The notes beneath the pieces are model-generated. The model was not told where the DNA came from and made no database searches. It was given only the letters and a program-made list of their open reading frames with translations. The translations under genes and the position numbers were made by a program. 64,000 nt of DNA from Tubulanus polymorphus (Eukaryota; Animalia; Nemertea), in NCBI RefSeq assembly GCF_964204645.1, contig NC_134026.1, positions 2,813,950-2,877,949 of the forward strand. Reading direction: 5' to 3'. Below are positions 1 through 12,000 of the stretch, in pieces. The stretch's first letter is position 1. Each line of letters starts with the position of its first letter.

Positions 1-269
1 GTTGTGAGAGGCCCGTCCCATTCCCATCCATCGCCATTACTACATATTGGCCGCCGCATCAACAAAAGACACTTTGTGAAAATTAGATCCGTTGAGTAGT
101 TTTAGATGCTCGTCATTGAAAGTGCAAGAGGAATTCTCGCAATGTTCGGTTCACTTAAAGTCTTTCCGCTGTTTTTACGCGATATAGACCAATAAAGCTA
201 ATTTTAATTGAATTGTATTGTCTGGGTCTCAATATATCGGAGCCACCCTTTACTGAACCTGCCATTAAC

Positions 270-277
270 CCGGAAGT
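270..277 (+). promoter_or_regulatory. ETS/GABP-type motif CCGGAAGT in the AIP proximal promoter
   Basis: Exact CCGGAAGT ~30 bp upstream of the AIP ATG (309). This motif is typical of housekeeping promoters. Confidence 0.45.
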
Positions 278-308
278 AAATTAACTTTATTTCGGAAAAA
301 CCAACAAA

Positions 309-3005
309 ATGACTTCAGAATCGGATTTTGGCATTTCAAAGAAGATCGTTTATGCAGGGAAACCTTCGAGCGCTCGAGAAAATGGCTACGTCGATGGTAC
401 AAAGGTGTGTAAAACTGAATCTTGATTTAGAACTAACTAAACTATTACTAACCGCATTCTCTTCTTCTAAATTGCATTTGCGATTTGCAAAGGCATAGCC
501 GCATAGCCTCAGCCAAGATAAGAAGATATTTGGGTATGACTGCAGTTTAGGTGTCCCTAATGGTTATGTACCTAACCTTACCATAACACTATTCTTTAAT
601 AACACTAACGCCACCCAGTGGAAAGGTGACCCAAACTGCAGTTAGACCGATATTTGTGCCCGCACGTCCTTTCTCAATCATTGTTATATGCCTCTCAAGG
701 ATTACTCGATGCAACCCGACCATCAAGCAAGAAATGATGGTGGCATGAGACTGCGATGAATTCCTCAGATTAGGATGGCCTTTTACCGTCCTACATTTGA
801 TTTGCTTATTATTTCTGCCCTATATTAATCTATTTCAGCTTACCTTCCATTATCAAACTCGTAAATGTGATGAAGAAAAGACAGTTCTCGACGATACTAA
901 GAAATATTGCAAACCGATGGAGTTGATTCTGGGTAAGAAATTTAAACTGGAAGTTTGGGAAGCGTGTCTGAAAACGATGAACCCTGAAGAAGTGTCGACG
1001 TTCACAGTAGATAAATCAGTGAGTGATACGGCCTGAGAAAATCAGTATTTTCTGGTCGCAGTTAGCCTACATCGATTCGTGTTCATTATTTTTCTTGCAG
1101 CTGGTACAGTGTTATCCAACAGTGGCGAAAAGTTTGCGGGATTATTTCTCTAATAAAAAGGCTGAAGAGCGTAAACATTGTTGTGGAATGATGTCAATGG
1201 CCGAACAAGGAGGTTTAGGATACTGTGATCTCGATGATTTGATGAAAAATCCTATTGATTTAGAGTTTACATTAGGTTTGTTCAATTGAATAATAGTTTA
1301 CAAATGTATCATTATCATATACAGAAGACTCCACTCGGATATTTTGGGGCAGGACGAAATTAGTTCAATTCGAGAGTGATATCGGAGTTGGATGGTACAT
1401 GTGTTAAATCATAAATAGGTTCAGAAAAATGTCAAAATCTTAATCATATAACTATCAGTGAAATATTGCTTACTGGTATGTACTTAATGAGGATCCTTCG
1501 AATATTCCATAACATCTGCTGTTGTGCCTAGGATCTATCTGGTTTAATTTTGCAGAATTGGTGAAAGTAGAAGAACCGGGCGACTATCGAAAAGAAGCTT
1601 GGAGTATGAACGAAGATGAGAAAATAGATGCGATACCCAAGTTGAAAGAAGAAGGCAATCTTCTGTATAAAGAGAAGAAGTATAAAGCGGCAGCTGATGT
1701 GTATGCAGAGGCAATCGGAATGTTAGAACAACTTTTATTAAGGTATTTGTTTATTTCTAATCATGAATATAAGCCAAACACGTCCTGATTAACGAGTTTC
1801 ACTATGGAATTTGGCTTAGAATACTGAGTTAACAGTTTCAGAATGTTTGTCAATATAGATTACACACAAATTACCTACTATTGTTCATGATTGGTAGAAC
1901 ACTATATCCGTGTTAACGCGATGTAGAGAGAATCCCACAATGATAATAAAAAGTCCGAAAATGAAACTTCGAGATGGTAGTTTATTTCAACGTTTCGACT
2001 ATATCCTAATAGTCATCTTCAGGAATAATGAATAATGAATTATTCCTGAAGATGACTATTAGGATATAATCGATAAAATAAACTACTATCTCGAAGTTTC
2101 ATTTTCTGACTTTATATTATCATTGTGGGATTCTCTCTACACCTACGATTGTTGTTATCCTTTCCGAACCTGTTGGTTGTACATTCTAAAAGCCTATCTT
2201 TACTGGTATTATTGCAGAGAAAAACCTCACGATGTAGAATGGAACGTTCTGAATGAACAGAAACTGCCGTTTTTACTGAATTACTCTCAGTGTAAACTGC
2301 TGTTGAATGAATATTATCCCACCATACAACACACAACCGAAGCATTAGAAATAGATCCAAGTGAGTGACAATTCATTGAAGCTGTCTGCCAAGATGCTCA
2401 TTCAAATAAACATGGCCGCCTCGATAAAATGCTGTATGACTTCTGCAGTTTCCATTAAATACTCTGTGATATCAGTAGTGAACTAGTCTGTTGTTTATGA
2501 ATCGAACTGCAATTTCGAGGCATCATTGCGGTATATTAATGATGATTTTTCCTGGAAGGTTCTTGATAAATGTTAACAGAACAGATAAATAGCTTGGGGA
2601 TCATTCATTTATAACGTACGCATAAAATTTGAATTTTTCAACCCTTCCCCCTCTGTACGCAAAATCGGCCAGTTTTTCATATACATTAAGCATTACAGTA
2701 CGCAATTGCACTGACCCCTCCCCTAATGCGTACGTAATAAATGAATGACCCTTGTCATGTACCACTGTATTGTAAACGTGTTTTTCATCCACGTTTCAGA
2801 AAACGTAAAGGCATATTTTCGACGAGCGAAGGCCCATGCTGGTGTCTGGAATTTCAAGGAGGCTCGTGAAGACTTCGACAAAGTTTGCGAATTAGATCCG
2901 TCGTTGAAGAGCACTGTCAAAACACAAATGTTAGCTCTGGCGAAAATAGAAAAAGAGAAAGAGGAAGAAGAAAAATTGAAATTGCAAGGGAAAATGTTCA
3001 GTTGA
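309..3005 (+). CDS. AIP: Aryl-hydrocarbon-receptor-interacting protein (FKBP-like + TPR co-chaperone), ~328 aa
   Basis: Exons 309-404, 839-1018, 1101-1275, 1556-1742, 2218-2360 and 2800-3005, all GT-AG with consistent phases (987 nt). The translation carries AIP hallmarks: DGTK/LTFHYQT, KPMELILGKKFKLEVWE, HCCG, EEGNLLYK, LLNYSQCKLL, NVKAYFRRAKAH. Confidence 0.96.
532..649. mobile_element. 118-bp MITE in AIP intron 1 with 6-bp target-site duplication
   Basis: Imperfect TIRs GGGTATGACTGCAGTTTAGG / CCCAAACTGCAGTTAGACCG. ATATTT flanks both sides (526-531 and 650-655). Confidence 0.7.
1922..2141. mobile_element. ~220-bp foldback/palindromic MITE in AIP intron 4
   Basis: Near-perfect inverted repeat TGTAGAGAGAATCCCACAATGATAAT...ATTATCATTGTGGGATTCTCTCTACA, with arms of ~100 bp centred near 2035. 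Similar termini occur at ~8020, ~27316 and ~52105. Confidence 0.8.
2596..2752. mobile_element. MITE (PIF/Harbinger-like) in AIP intron 5
   Basis: TIRs GGGGATCATTCATTTATAACGTACGCA / TGCGTACGTAATAAATGAATGACCC. Same family as 4432-4591. Confidence 0.7.
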
Positions 3006-4431
3006 TGACCATGTGGCTAGAAACAGGCATTTATGAAATATTATTAGATGAATAGATTTAAGCAGTGAATGATTTGTTCCCTAAACACGTCCCTGATCAC
3101 GCTGGCTTCAGCAAATGGTGAGCTTCCATATCATACGAGCCAGTGGAATATGCTTAGATAACTAGTTAATGTTCGTAGAACACGCATTCCATGTATCGAA
3201 TCTCTACTTTAAAGAAATGTTGATTGTTGGGTGTTAAATTTGTTGTACTCGTAAAAAATAGTCATCAAAGGTACATATTTGTGTTGAATATTTATTAAAT
3301 AAATGGTTTTCATAAAGTTGTAGTTCATAGTTCACATTTTTGGGTCTTGCTAAAAAATTCAATCTTTTTATTTATGAATAGGATACTTCCACCGAGGAGA
3401 TTACCAGTAAATGCCTGCGAAATTGGAATCAACCAATAAATATAACATAAAACTCAAAAATGGTGACATCTATGAGAAATAATCGTTTATTAATTAATAA
3501 TCAGTAATGTAAATATAACCTATACGAATGTATAATTATGTGTTATAAAAGCCCATATTCTGAAGATTCCTGTGATCTGTTATCGAAATTGCATCGAAGA
3601 CTGATTTGTTGGCAGTCTGTAGGGTTCTGGTCTCTCAAAGTGTTACCGTTATAAATCTAAATGTGTTAGTATCAACGAAAACAATGGTTTTCAAGTCATA
3701 TAGGAGGACTTTCTTTCCTAATTCTTTAATGATTTTCTTACTTCGACCGCCGGAAATGAATAATGGTAAAGTTTCAAGGTGGATTTTTAAGTAGATCGAT
3801 AGATCATCAAAGAACTATTAATATTAAAACACCTTGAAAATCACGACAAACACAACCAGGAACTGATGAGTAACGCAAGTGAAAAACTTTGAAACACATG
3901 ATTATCTAGGACCATTACAAGGTATATAAAACGCCCAGATTTGCCAACTGATCATTCCAATTACATTCTCAATACATATACGCAACGCTCGTGTTAGCAT
4001 TTAGCATAAAAGCAACCGGGTATGGACATTTCAATCACACTCAGTAAAACTTTACATGAAATTGAAAATGTATAATCCATTTTCTATATTTACCAGTAAT
4101 AAGCTTATAAAATACCAGCACAGAGTTTTTCTGTAAATCACCACAACGGCTTTTGAATTTGATGGTTGTTAATCGAGAGCATCTGCATTTCAAATGCTCA
4201 AAATTGTATGCGGCTAAAACTTTTGGCTGGATTAATATATATCGTGCATATAGCAAGCTATAACATTAAACTTTTACCGAAATCAGTATCTTACCAATTC
4301 TCGTAGTATATTACGACTAAAAATTCATCTGAAACTAGTAATCCTCTGATTTGAATTCGATCGATCTTAAAATACAAGCACGTAAACAAATACATTATAC
4401 ATTGTACTTTATCATATACACATACAACCTT

Positions 4432-4591
4432 AGTGATCATTCATTTATTATGTACATGTACGCATAGAATTTAAATTTTTCGAAACCCAAAATCTGCTAT
4501 TTTTCCTAGACTTTTAAGTATTATAGTACACAATGGCACAAATCTCTTGCACTCCCCTTCATTATGCATATGTAATAAATGAATGACCACT
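4432..4591. mobile_element. MITE, diverged copy of the 2596-2752 family
   Basis: TIRs AGTGATCATTCATTTATTA / TAATAAATGAATGACCACT, with similar internal sequence. Confidence 0.65.
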
Positions 4592-4925
4592 TTACTAAAA
4601 TTAAGACATCCTTAACAATTTGTACACGTATATGTATGTTAAATTCCACAATATTTTTTTTCAGTAGTCACAATAATATAGTCGATATTTCATGCGAGTC
4701 TTCACTTTGAGGTTGCTATTTATCATCTCGGGAAAAACCACATTTATCAAAATTTGCTTGGCCACCTATCATCGTGCGACTGAAAAATACGACAATAACT
4801 AAAAAAAGACTTGGAATACTGTTAAATAGTTTACAGAGCAATGGACCTAACACCGACTTCACATTTCATACGTAATACAAACAACTCTAAGAATATCAGA
4901 ACTAATTGAGCCATTTTATATCATC

Positions 4926-5027
4926 CTCTCCAGGCAGGGATTCGAACCTGATGGCATCGCTACACTCGGCCATAGTTCAAACCGCGGCTATTTCGACGCC
5001 ATCAGGTTAGAATCTCCGCCGGGGAGA
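4926..5027. repeat. Hairpin made of two inverted tRNA-3'-half-like (B-box) segments
   Basis: CTCTCCAGGCAGGGATTCGAACCTGATGGCATCG pairs imperfectly with CGACGCCATCAGGTTAGAATCTCCGCCGGGGAGA. The left arm reads GGTTCGAATCCC on the minus strand. Confidence 0.55.
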
Positions 5028-6221
5028 ACGTTTTATACGAGTGATACATACACGTAGTAAAATATTATGATTATTCTCAATAGACATACAGGTACCGGTA
5101 TAGCAGTATTTCCAATAGTTTGGCTTTATCGCTGTGGGCTATGAAAAATAGCACGCATTTAAAATTGGGGATGGTTCATCGAAAATTAATAGGGCTAGAA
5201 GTTTACGCATATTTCGGGGCAAAATAAAGAAAGACATTTGTAGTATTTTTGAAAGGAAACAGATTGGCTATAGCTTAAGATTTATATTTAAATCAATTAA
5301 ATCTAAAGTATATATTTATTACACATGTATATCATTAATCAATCTTATATCAATTAATAAACAAATGAAGTTTTAAATTTTAGATGGTTTTGGATGGATC
5401 TTTATATTCCTCCAGCACTGGGATAATAAAAATCTCATAAACAAAATTAAGTATTTCACTCATTTTAGAACTTATTGCTTCATACAAAAGAAAAAGACAA
5501 TATTTTTTGAATCAATCGCTCAAATAATACAATCTTAGGAAGATAATACCAGTTAGTTTTGAGTCCATTTTACGATTACAGTACACTTTCGCTTCAAATT
5601 TTAAGTTACTCAAATTATATCAGCTACTAAAAGCAAATGAACGATTTACACGGTATCTAATATTTCTGATTTTTATTCATTTTTAATGGTTGCCACAAAT
5701 GCATGCACGGCTCCACCGAAAAATGAAACAAGGTTCTTCATAACCTAAACACCATATATTTCGTTCGAAATGATTAGATTTGATGGTTTTCCATTAACTC
5801 TTAGCAGGTTATACCATCGATTAAACAGTCACTAACAGTAGGACACAACGATTCAGTGGCGCCAATTCCGCCAGAACGTTGAATCGACAATTACAATCAA
5901 TTTCAATATTACTATCCCTCAATCTCTGGTTATTCCAACTGGTTTTTGAGTACAACTCGGCTCAGAAATTGCTTTGTGACAACCGTTTCGATCAATCGTG
6001 GCATATTTCATCGAATCAAGTCGGATCATACTACACATCTGGTGGGTATAATATACACCGGCAGTCCTCACTCAGTACGCTAGTCAAAATACATATATCA
6101 ACTAGAACTGAATTCAGTTCCATTTGTTTTGTTTACGTACAATATCCATTATATATTAAAATAAATTCATCACTTTTCTATCTCTATTCCATTTGTGTAC
6201 TAAATAAACTACGAATTCTCC

Positions 6222-9009
6222 TTAGCACCATTTCTTCTTTCGTTTACGATTGCCATTATGAATATCGATAACGTCTTTTTTCGATTGAATCTGAGCTCGT
6301 ATTTGCTCCTTCTTCGTTTGCAGAACCAGTTTCGTGATCGCTAAAAACATCTGAAACGATTCACAGAGAAAGTCAACTAAAATACGATAAAGATTAAACG
6401 CTATTAAAAAATTATTTTCATATCAAGATGATGGGAAAGATATGCATGAAACGATTATGAGAAGTGACTGAAATTACCCACACTCACCAGGGATCAAACC
6501 TGGGTCTCATATACACAGAAAGTGTGCTAACCAGTAGAACACTAGTCCACCTGACCAGTGCTTATACAGATTGTCCTATATAGCGGAACGCTGCCCTCCC
6601 CTCTTATTTCGGCTATTCCCAGGCAATTTATATTACTATTAATTTTCATCATATATATGTATATTATTATCTTTCTATCCTGTTGTCGATGCAGGATGAG
6701 GAACTACCGAAATCAATTCAAGTTGTCCACGATTATGAGAAGTGACAGTGAAATTATGCGCACTCAACGGGGATCGGATGTATAAAATCAAGCGTGCTAA
6801 CCAGTAGACCAATAGAACTAATATCTATTTCAACCTGACTTGAGAGCATTCCGGGTGGCCTTGCTCGCTCATTTTGGTAGTACATACCTGATAAAGGTCT
6901 TAATAGGACCAGAAAGGACAGGCAGTCGACCTAAATCATCATTATTTAATCCTTTGAAACTGTACTGAAGGATATCTAAAAAGACTTCACTGAAAGGGGT
7001 TAAATGAAGAGAAGTGACTCCGTGATTTGAAAGTTGAACGGTATGTTTCCATGCCTACACACCAAACTTCAGTTGGTAGGCATGGAGACATATTGTTAAA
7101 CTTTCAAATCATGGAGTCTATTTTCTCTCAGGAACCCCTTTCAATAAAGACTTTTTGGATATCGTTCAATACAGTTTCGAATGGATTAAAAAACAATGTT
7201 TAAGGTCGACTGCCTGTCCTTTCTGGTCCTACTAAGACCTTTATCAGGTATGTACTACCAAAAATGACTGAGCTAGGCCACCCGGAATGCTCTCAAGTCA
7301 GGTTGAAATAGACATAAGTCCACATGGCCAGTGGTTTACAGCTTGTCGTGTATGCGTACCTCTTCAACGTTCTTATTTTCTTTTGCACTAGTTTCGAACA
7401 GTTGTATTCCCATTTGATCGGCAAATCTTTTTGCATCCTGCGTGAGAACTACTTTACGATCTGGATCATCATCCTTATTACCAACTAGGAAGAAAAAAGA
7501 CCATATTAGCAATAAACGCAGGGTCTAGTTTCACTAAAAAGTTTAAGCCTAAAGCAGTTAAGATTTGAGTTTAACTTCTTTGTGAAACTGGGCCCAGAGA
7601 AGTATTTCATCAAAAGCCTGTTTTATCAACATGAAAATCACCTTACCTAAAATCCTATTGACGACATCACAATTTTGATCAATTTCGTGCAACCAGCGTT
7701 TGACGTTCGCGAAAGATTGTCCATTTTGAACGTCGTAGACGACGATGACGCCGTGTGTTCCCCTATAATATCTATAACAGCGAAAAATTCATAACTTCAA
7801 TGAATCAGTTTCATTATTTATATCAAAGCTTTTATGTAATTATCCCGCTGGTTTCACTGTAATGACCTACATAGACTAACTGTGTAACTTCTGATGTACG
7901 TTTATGCTGTAAAATGCTACACAAATCTAAGGTCATTAATTGCACACGATTTTGATCCGCTTCTGTCTAGTTAGGTCAAGAAGATACACAATTTCCGTGT
8001 TAAGATGAATACGTAAGACATCCCACAATAAGTCCAGAAAAAGACAAAGCACTCTTGAATTTTAGGGGACAAGTCGGGCTGTCAAAAACATTAATAAGCT
8101 GCTTAAATTACCAAATGATCTTGATCTATTCCATCATTTTGAGGATAATGTAGTCAAATATTGAAGTTCTACTTACGTTGAGGTAATAGTTCGAAATCGT
8201 TCCTGCCCGGCTGTATCCCATATTTGTAATTTTACGCGTTCGCCATTCACATCGACTGTTCTTATCTTAAAATCGACTCCTATCGTCGTGACGTAGGTAC
8301 CTTGCAACGAAAACAAGTTCAACTCATTTTAAGTAATCATTCATCGTAATCACTATAGCATGACTCATTGCTATAATGACTGACTACTACTAAAGTCTAT
8401 TTTTGTGTGGATCTAAATACGATGGTTTATTTAGACTACACAGTCCGACTGGTCGTATTAAGACCAAATTGAGTATGTGTTCAAAAGATTAAGCGAAATA
8501 TCCCAAAAAATCGATTACACACAAAAATAGACTTAAGTCATTAACTACTTAGCTAGGTATGGTATTTAAAACTGTTCCATTTTGAAAAATAGAGTTTTCA
8601 TAATTACCTGAAAATACATTATCCGAGAACCGCAACAAAAGACTGCTTTTACCAACAGCTGTAAAAAAGGAGCAATTAGCGTATTATTAGAACATAGACA
8701 TGCAATTAGGCACCATCAAGCAAGGCATCATACATCAAGTACAGAGGTTTTATATCGATGTGTTAGAGGCTGGGTAAAGACAACCGTCAATATAAAACCG
8801 ATTGATTGAATTAATTATTTTCCAGCATCGATAATAAAAGATAATTCCATTTCTTTCATTTTGAAACTGTAAATCAGCTTTATGCGCTGTGTATTTCAGT
8901 AATTAGTGCGACATTTCGATTGTAATATACGTCTAAGGCTTTAAGTATTGAACTTACCGCTATCCCCGATAATCAATAACTTAAACAAGTGATCGTATTC
9001 TTTTGCCAT
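6222..9009 (-). CDS. RAB35: Ras-related protein Rab-35, 201 aa
   Basis: Exons on the minus strand: 9009-8958, 8658-8608, 8300-8177, 7771-7647, 7484-7360 and 6350-6222 (606 nt, GT-AG). Translation: [31 protein letters not shown]...[29 protein letters not shown]...[14 protein letters not shown]...[10 protein letters not shown]...ETSAKEN...RKRKKKWC. The ORF track misses it because the exons are short. Confidence 0.95.
6451..6815 (-). mobile_element. Two tandem degenerate tRNA-derived SINE-like copies (6451-6580; 6729-6815, continuing at 7319-7350)
   Basis: ACGATTATGAGAAGTGAC...GTGCTAACCAGTAGA is shared by both copies. On the minus strand copy 1 has an A-box-like TAGTGTTCTACTGGTTAGCAC and a B-box-like GGTTTGATCCC. 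Confidence 0.5.
6824..7312. mobile_element. ~490-bp foldback (long inverted repeat) element in the last Rab35 intron
   Basis: TCTATTTCAACCTGACTTGAGAGCATTCCGGGTGGCC... pairs with ...GGCCACCCGGAATGCTCTCAAGTCAGGTTGAAATAGA. The arms are ~240 bp and pair up to a small loop near 7065. Confidence 0.88.
7521..7596. mobile_element. Short Tourist-like MITE (GGGCCCAGTTTCAC termini); related fragments at ~29145-29235 and ~63232-63315
   Basis: GGGTCTAGTTTCAC...GTGAAACTGGGCCC. The related ends GTGGAACTGGGTCC and GTAGAACTGGGCCC occur elsewhere in the window. Confidence 0.55.
8393..8534. repeat. 17-bp inverted repeat pair (MITE-like) in Rab35 intron 2
   Basis: AAGTCTATTTTTGTGTG ... CACACAAAAATAGACTT is an exact reverse complement. 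Confidence 0.55.
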
Positions 9010-12000
9010 CGTGAATATTTATCGAATCATTCAGTTTTTCATCGCGTTTTCGAGCTAAAAGTGAAAATTTTATAAGGAATTAGATCACCGGAAATGGGCT
9101 AGGCGATATCTTTTGAGCATGCGCACTTACTGTAATTTGCGTTATATTTTAGTGGGTTCGAAACCCCAAAATGACGAGTGTTGAATTTGAAACATTTACA
9201 CAGATCCAGCTCGAATCGCCGAGATCGAAATTTTTTTCGCTTACCCCGTGACTACGGTCCCTATTATTCGAATCATGTCCCCAATCGCTACCTATCAATG
9301 AACTTTACCCCTGGATCCAACGACCGGGTGCCGCGGGAAACCGACAGGCATGTCCCAGCGGCAAAAAGGACAAAATATTGTCCAATTCAAACTGAAAAGA
9401 ATGTCCCTTTCATGCTCCGTCCGTCAAATTTCAAATTGCTATATACATGTAGGGTTGCCTGGTATCCGATATTCTGAAACTTGGTTTGCTCTGAGATACG
9501 CTCGCCATCTATCGGCTTTGAGGCCGGACAAGACACCGCCTGGAGAGGCCGCTTGGAAAATCCAATGTATGTTTCAAAAGAATATTCATATATATTCACT
9601 AAAATGTTGAAAAAAATCTAAAAGAATTGTAGCGATTTTCTGGGGAGTCTAAACTTTCTGTAAGATTATTTGCTTCTCGCTTTCTCATATGCAGTGCTCG
9701 AAATCAATGACGCAAATTGTCACCCATGTCTTTATTAGGGATGTCTATATCTAAGACACATTAGCACTTAATGTTTTCCAGATACTGATGCATTTTAGTA
9801 TTGCTCTGGCGGCAGTCATTAACGAACGTGATGAGAATGGAAAAACAAATGGTGGAAAGCGCAGCGAAACCAAATACCACGAGGAAATTCTAACCGTCTC
9901 TTGCTGAGGTTTTTTTTTTTTATCACCGAGACAGAGACAAGTAAGGCAAAGTCTTTCTTCGAGCATAATTCTTACCATTTAGACAAAACAATTGAGACAA
10001 GAGTGGATCGTTAAAGGCAAATCATCTCTGAGATGAATTTCTTTTGATTTAAGTAACCCCCAAACCGAAATCGGTTGCACGCACCATCGGCTTCCGAGCA
10101 CGGTTCTCTATAGTCTAACTCTATAACATCTAGGGTTTACTTTTTCCCGGTTGGTTCTTATCGATTCCGTATAACGAATTCACAGCTCACGGATAAAAGT
10201 AACAGGTTTTAAACCGCATCCCTGGATTTTTGACGAGTTCGCCTCATCGGGATAATGCGTCCCAGAAGCAGCGCTGCCCTGACTCAATTAATATAATCGA
10301 ATTAACCGTATATGTTCCCAGTGGGCTAATTTATTCTTCCTCGGTGGTTCATCAAATGATTGTTGAAACTGTCGCGGTCTCGTTTTAATTCCATCATCGC
10401 GTGAATGAGCGCATAAAATGAAAACAGAACCTCAGAATCATGCATCGAGTTCATTCGAGTGACTTTTCCGACAAATTCCATTCAGCGCGTGTTCCCTCGG
10501 CTCGACATTTCAATGTCACAAATAAAATTTGCTGAAAATTGAATGCATTCAGTTTCTCAAATAGAAATTCCCTCGGGAGTTATACCGAACCAATTATAAG
10601 GAAACACGAAAATAGATCAATAGGCCACCAAATGGATACATCGCGTGTGATACTCTCAATTGTTCCACGAAAAGATATCTAGTGAAAATTACGAAGACAC
10701 CGCACTATTGCCTTAAGTGTTTTTCCAAACCGAATCTTTTTCTCTTTCGATCGATTGCTTGCGAATATAGGTCACTATCCCAGTCCGTGGGGTTCTTAAA
10801 AAGAAAACTCGACGTTTCTCTTCATCTTTGCCTTCTGGCGCCCTGATTTGCATATCATCTATCTGGAGGCTTAGGGGCCTATAACAGAGAATTTTGCACG
10901 ATGCGCGTATAGCATAACTACATGCGCTGAACTTAATCTAGAATAAAAAAACTTAAATTTGCAAGCATTTTCTAAAGTAATGATATGTACATATTTTGCA
11001 CTCATATATACCGTTTTTTCGTAGCGAGAAACGTATTCGTATTTTCAACTTTGGTGAACGATCAAGGCACCTCGCAAAACTAATATAACATGTCGTAATT
11101 AATTCAATAAAATCAAATTGACGAAAAACAGGCAGACATTTCCGGGGTATATATTTCACAAATACTCGGTAAAATACGAAACATTTCACCGTGTTGTGAA
11201 TTCAATTATCAAAATTGCCTACGTTTTCGTCTGTTTCATTTTGACTCCCAGGGATGCTTCGAAATTGTTTGCTTTCACTTTTCAGTACTTTTTGTTATGT
11301 CGTGAACAAACATCGCGTATGCACGTTCGCCGTCCCCCGACGTCCTCTATAAAAGGCCCGGACAGAAAGCCACCATTACTAGAATTACGGGATAGAATTA
11401 ATCCGTGTCATTTCATGCGTAGAAAATCCGCAGATTTCAGAAGTGGTTTACGTATCAGTCATACTCACGGCCGCTTAATTTCCTTGGCAAAAGCGCCATT
11501 AAGCAAAATCATGCCGTTAAGAATGCAAGGAATACTTTCAATTGCGGAGCAATAAATGGACCAAAGATTTAGTGACCGACTCAACGCACGTTTCCACTGC
11601 ATCACCGAAATATATATATTCGAGTGGTTGTTTCGATGTGATCGGCCGCTTCTGCGGTGTATTTGGCTAGGACAGTCTGGCCAACTTCCTCCTGGGTGCA
11701 ATCTCTTGTATATCAAACAGGTTGCTACGCAGTTACTCGCCGAAGAATTCACTGCATGATGTTTTACGCCTAGAAGACAACGGACGCATTGATGACGTCG
11801 ACACGACAAACGACAAATCCGCAGAATGATTAATTATTCACGTGCAATCACGGAGGCATACTGAAAATTATTGCTGTCTAATTTCACGGACATTAAGTCG
11901 AACGTGTCCCATTGAGTGGCTCAGATAAACAGCGGTGATACTGTTTTATTTTTCAGTTAACGATGCAGAGTCTGTGATTGACTATCTTCTTATTGGATTA

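Noticed and set aside
4926-5027. Functional tRNA gene
   Set aside because: Only T-arm-like halves in inverted orientation; no D arm or anticodon arm.
5879-6271. 130-aa plus-strand ORF
   Set aside because: Antisense to the Rab35 last exon and 3'UTR, with a non-ATG start and no recognisable motif.
9178-11809. Cluster of 70-145-aa ORFs between Rab35 and GPCR1
   Set aside because: No domain motifs or consistent splice chain; expected by chance in locally GC-richer promoter-like DNA.
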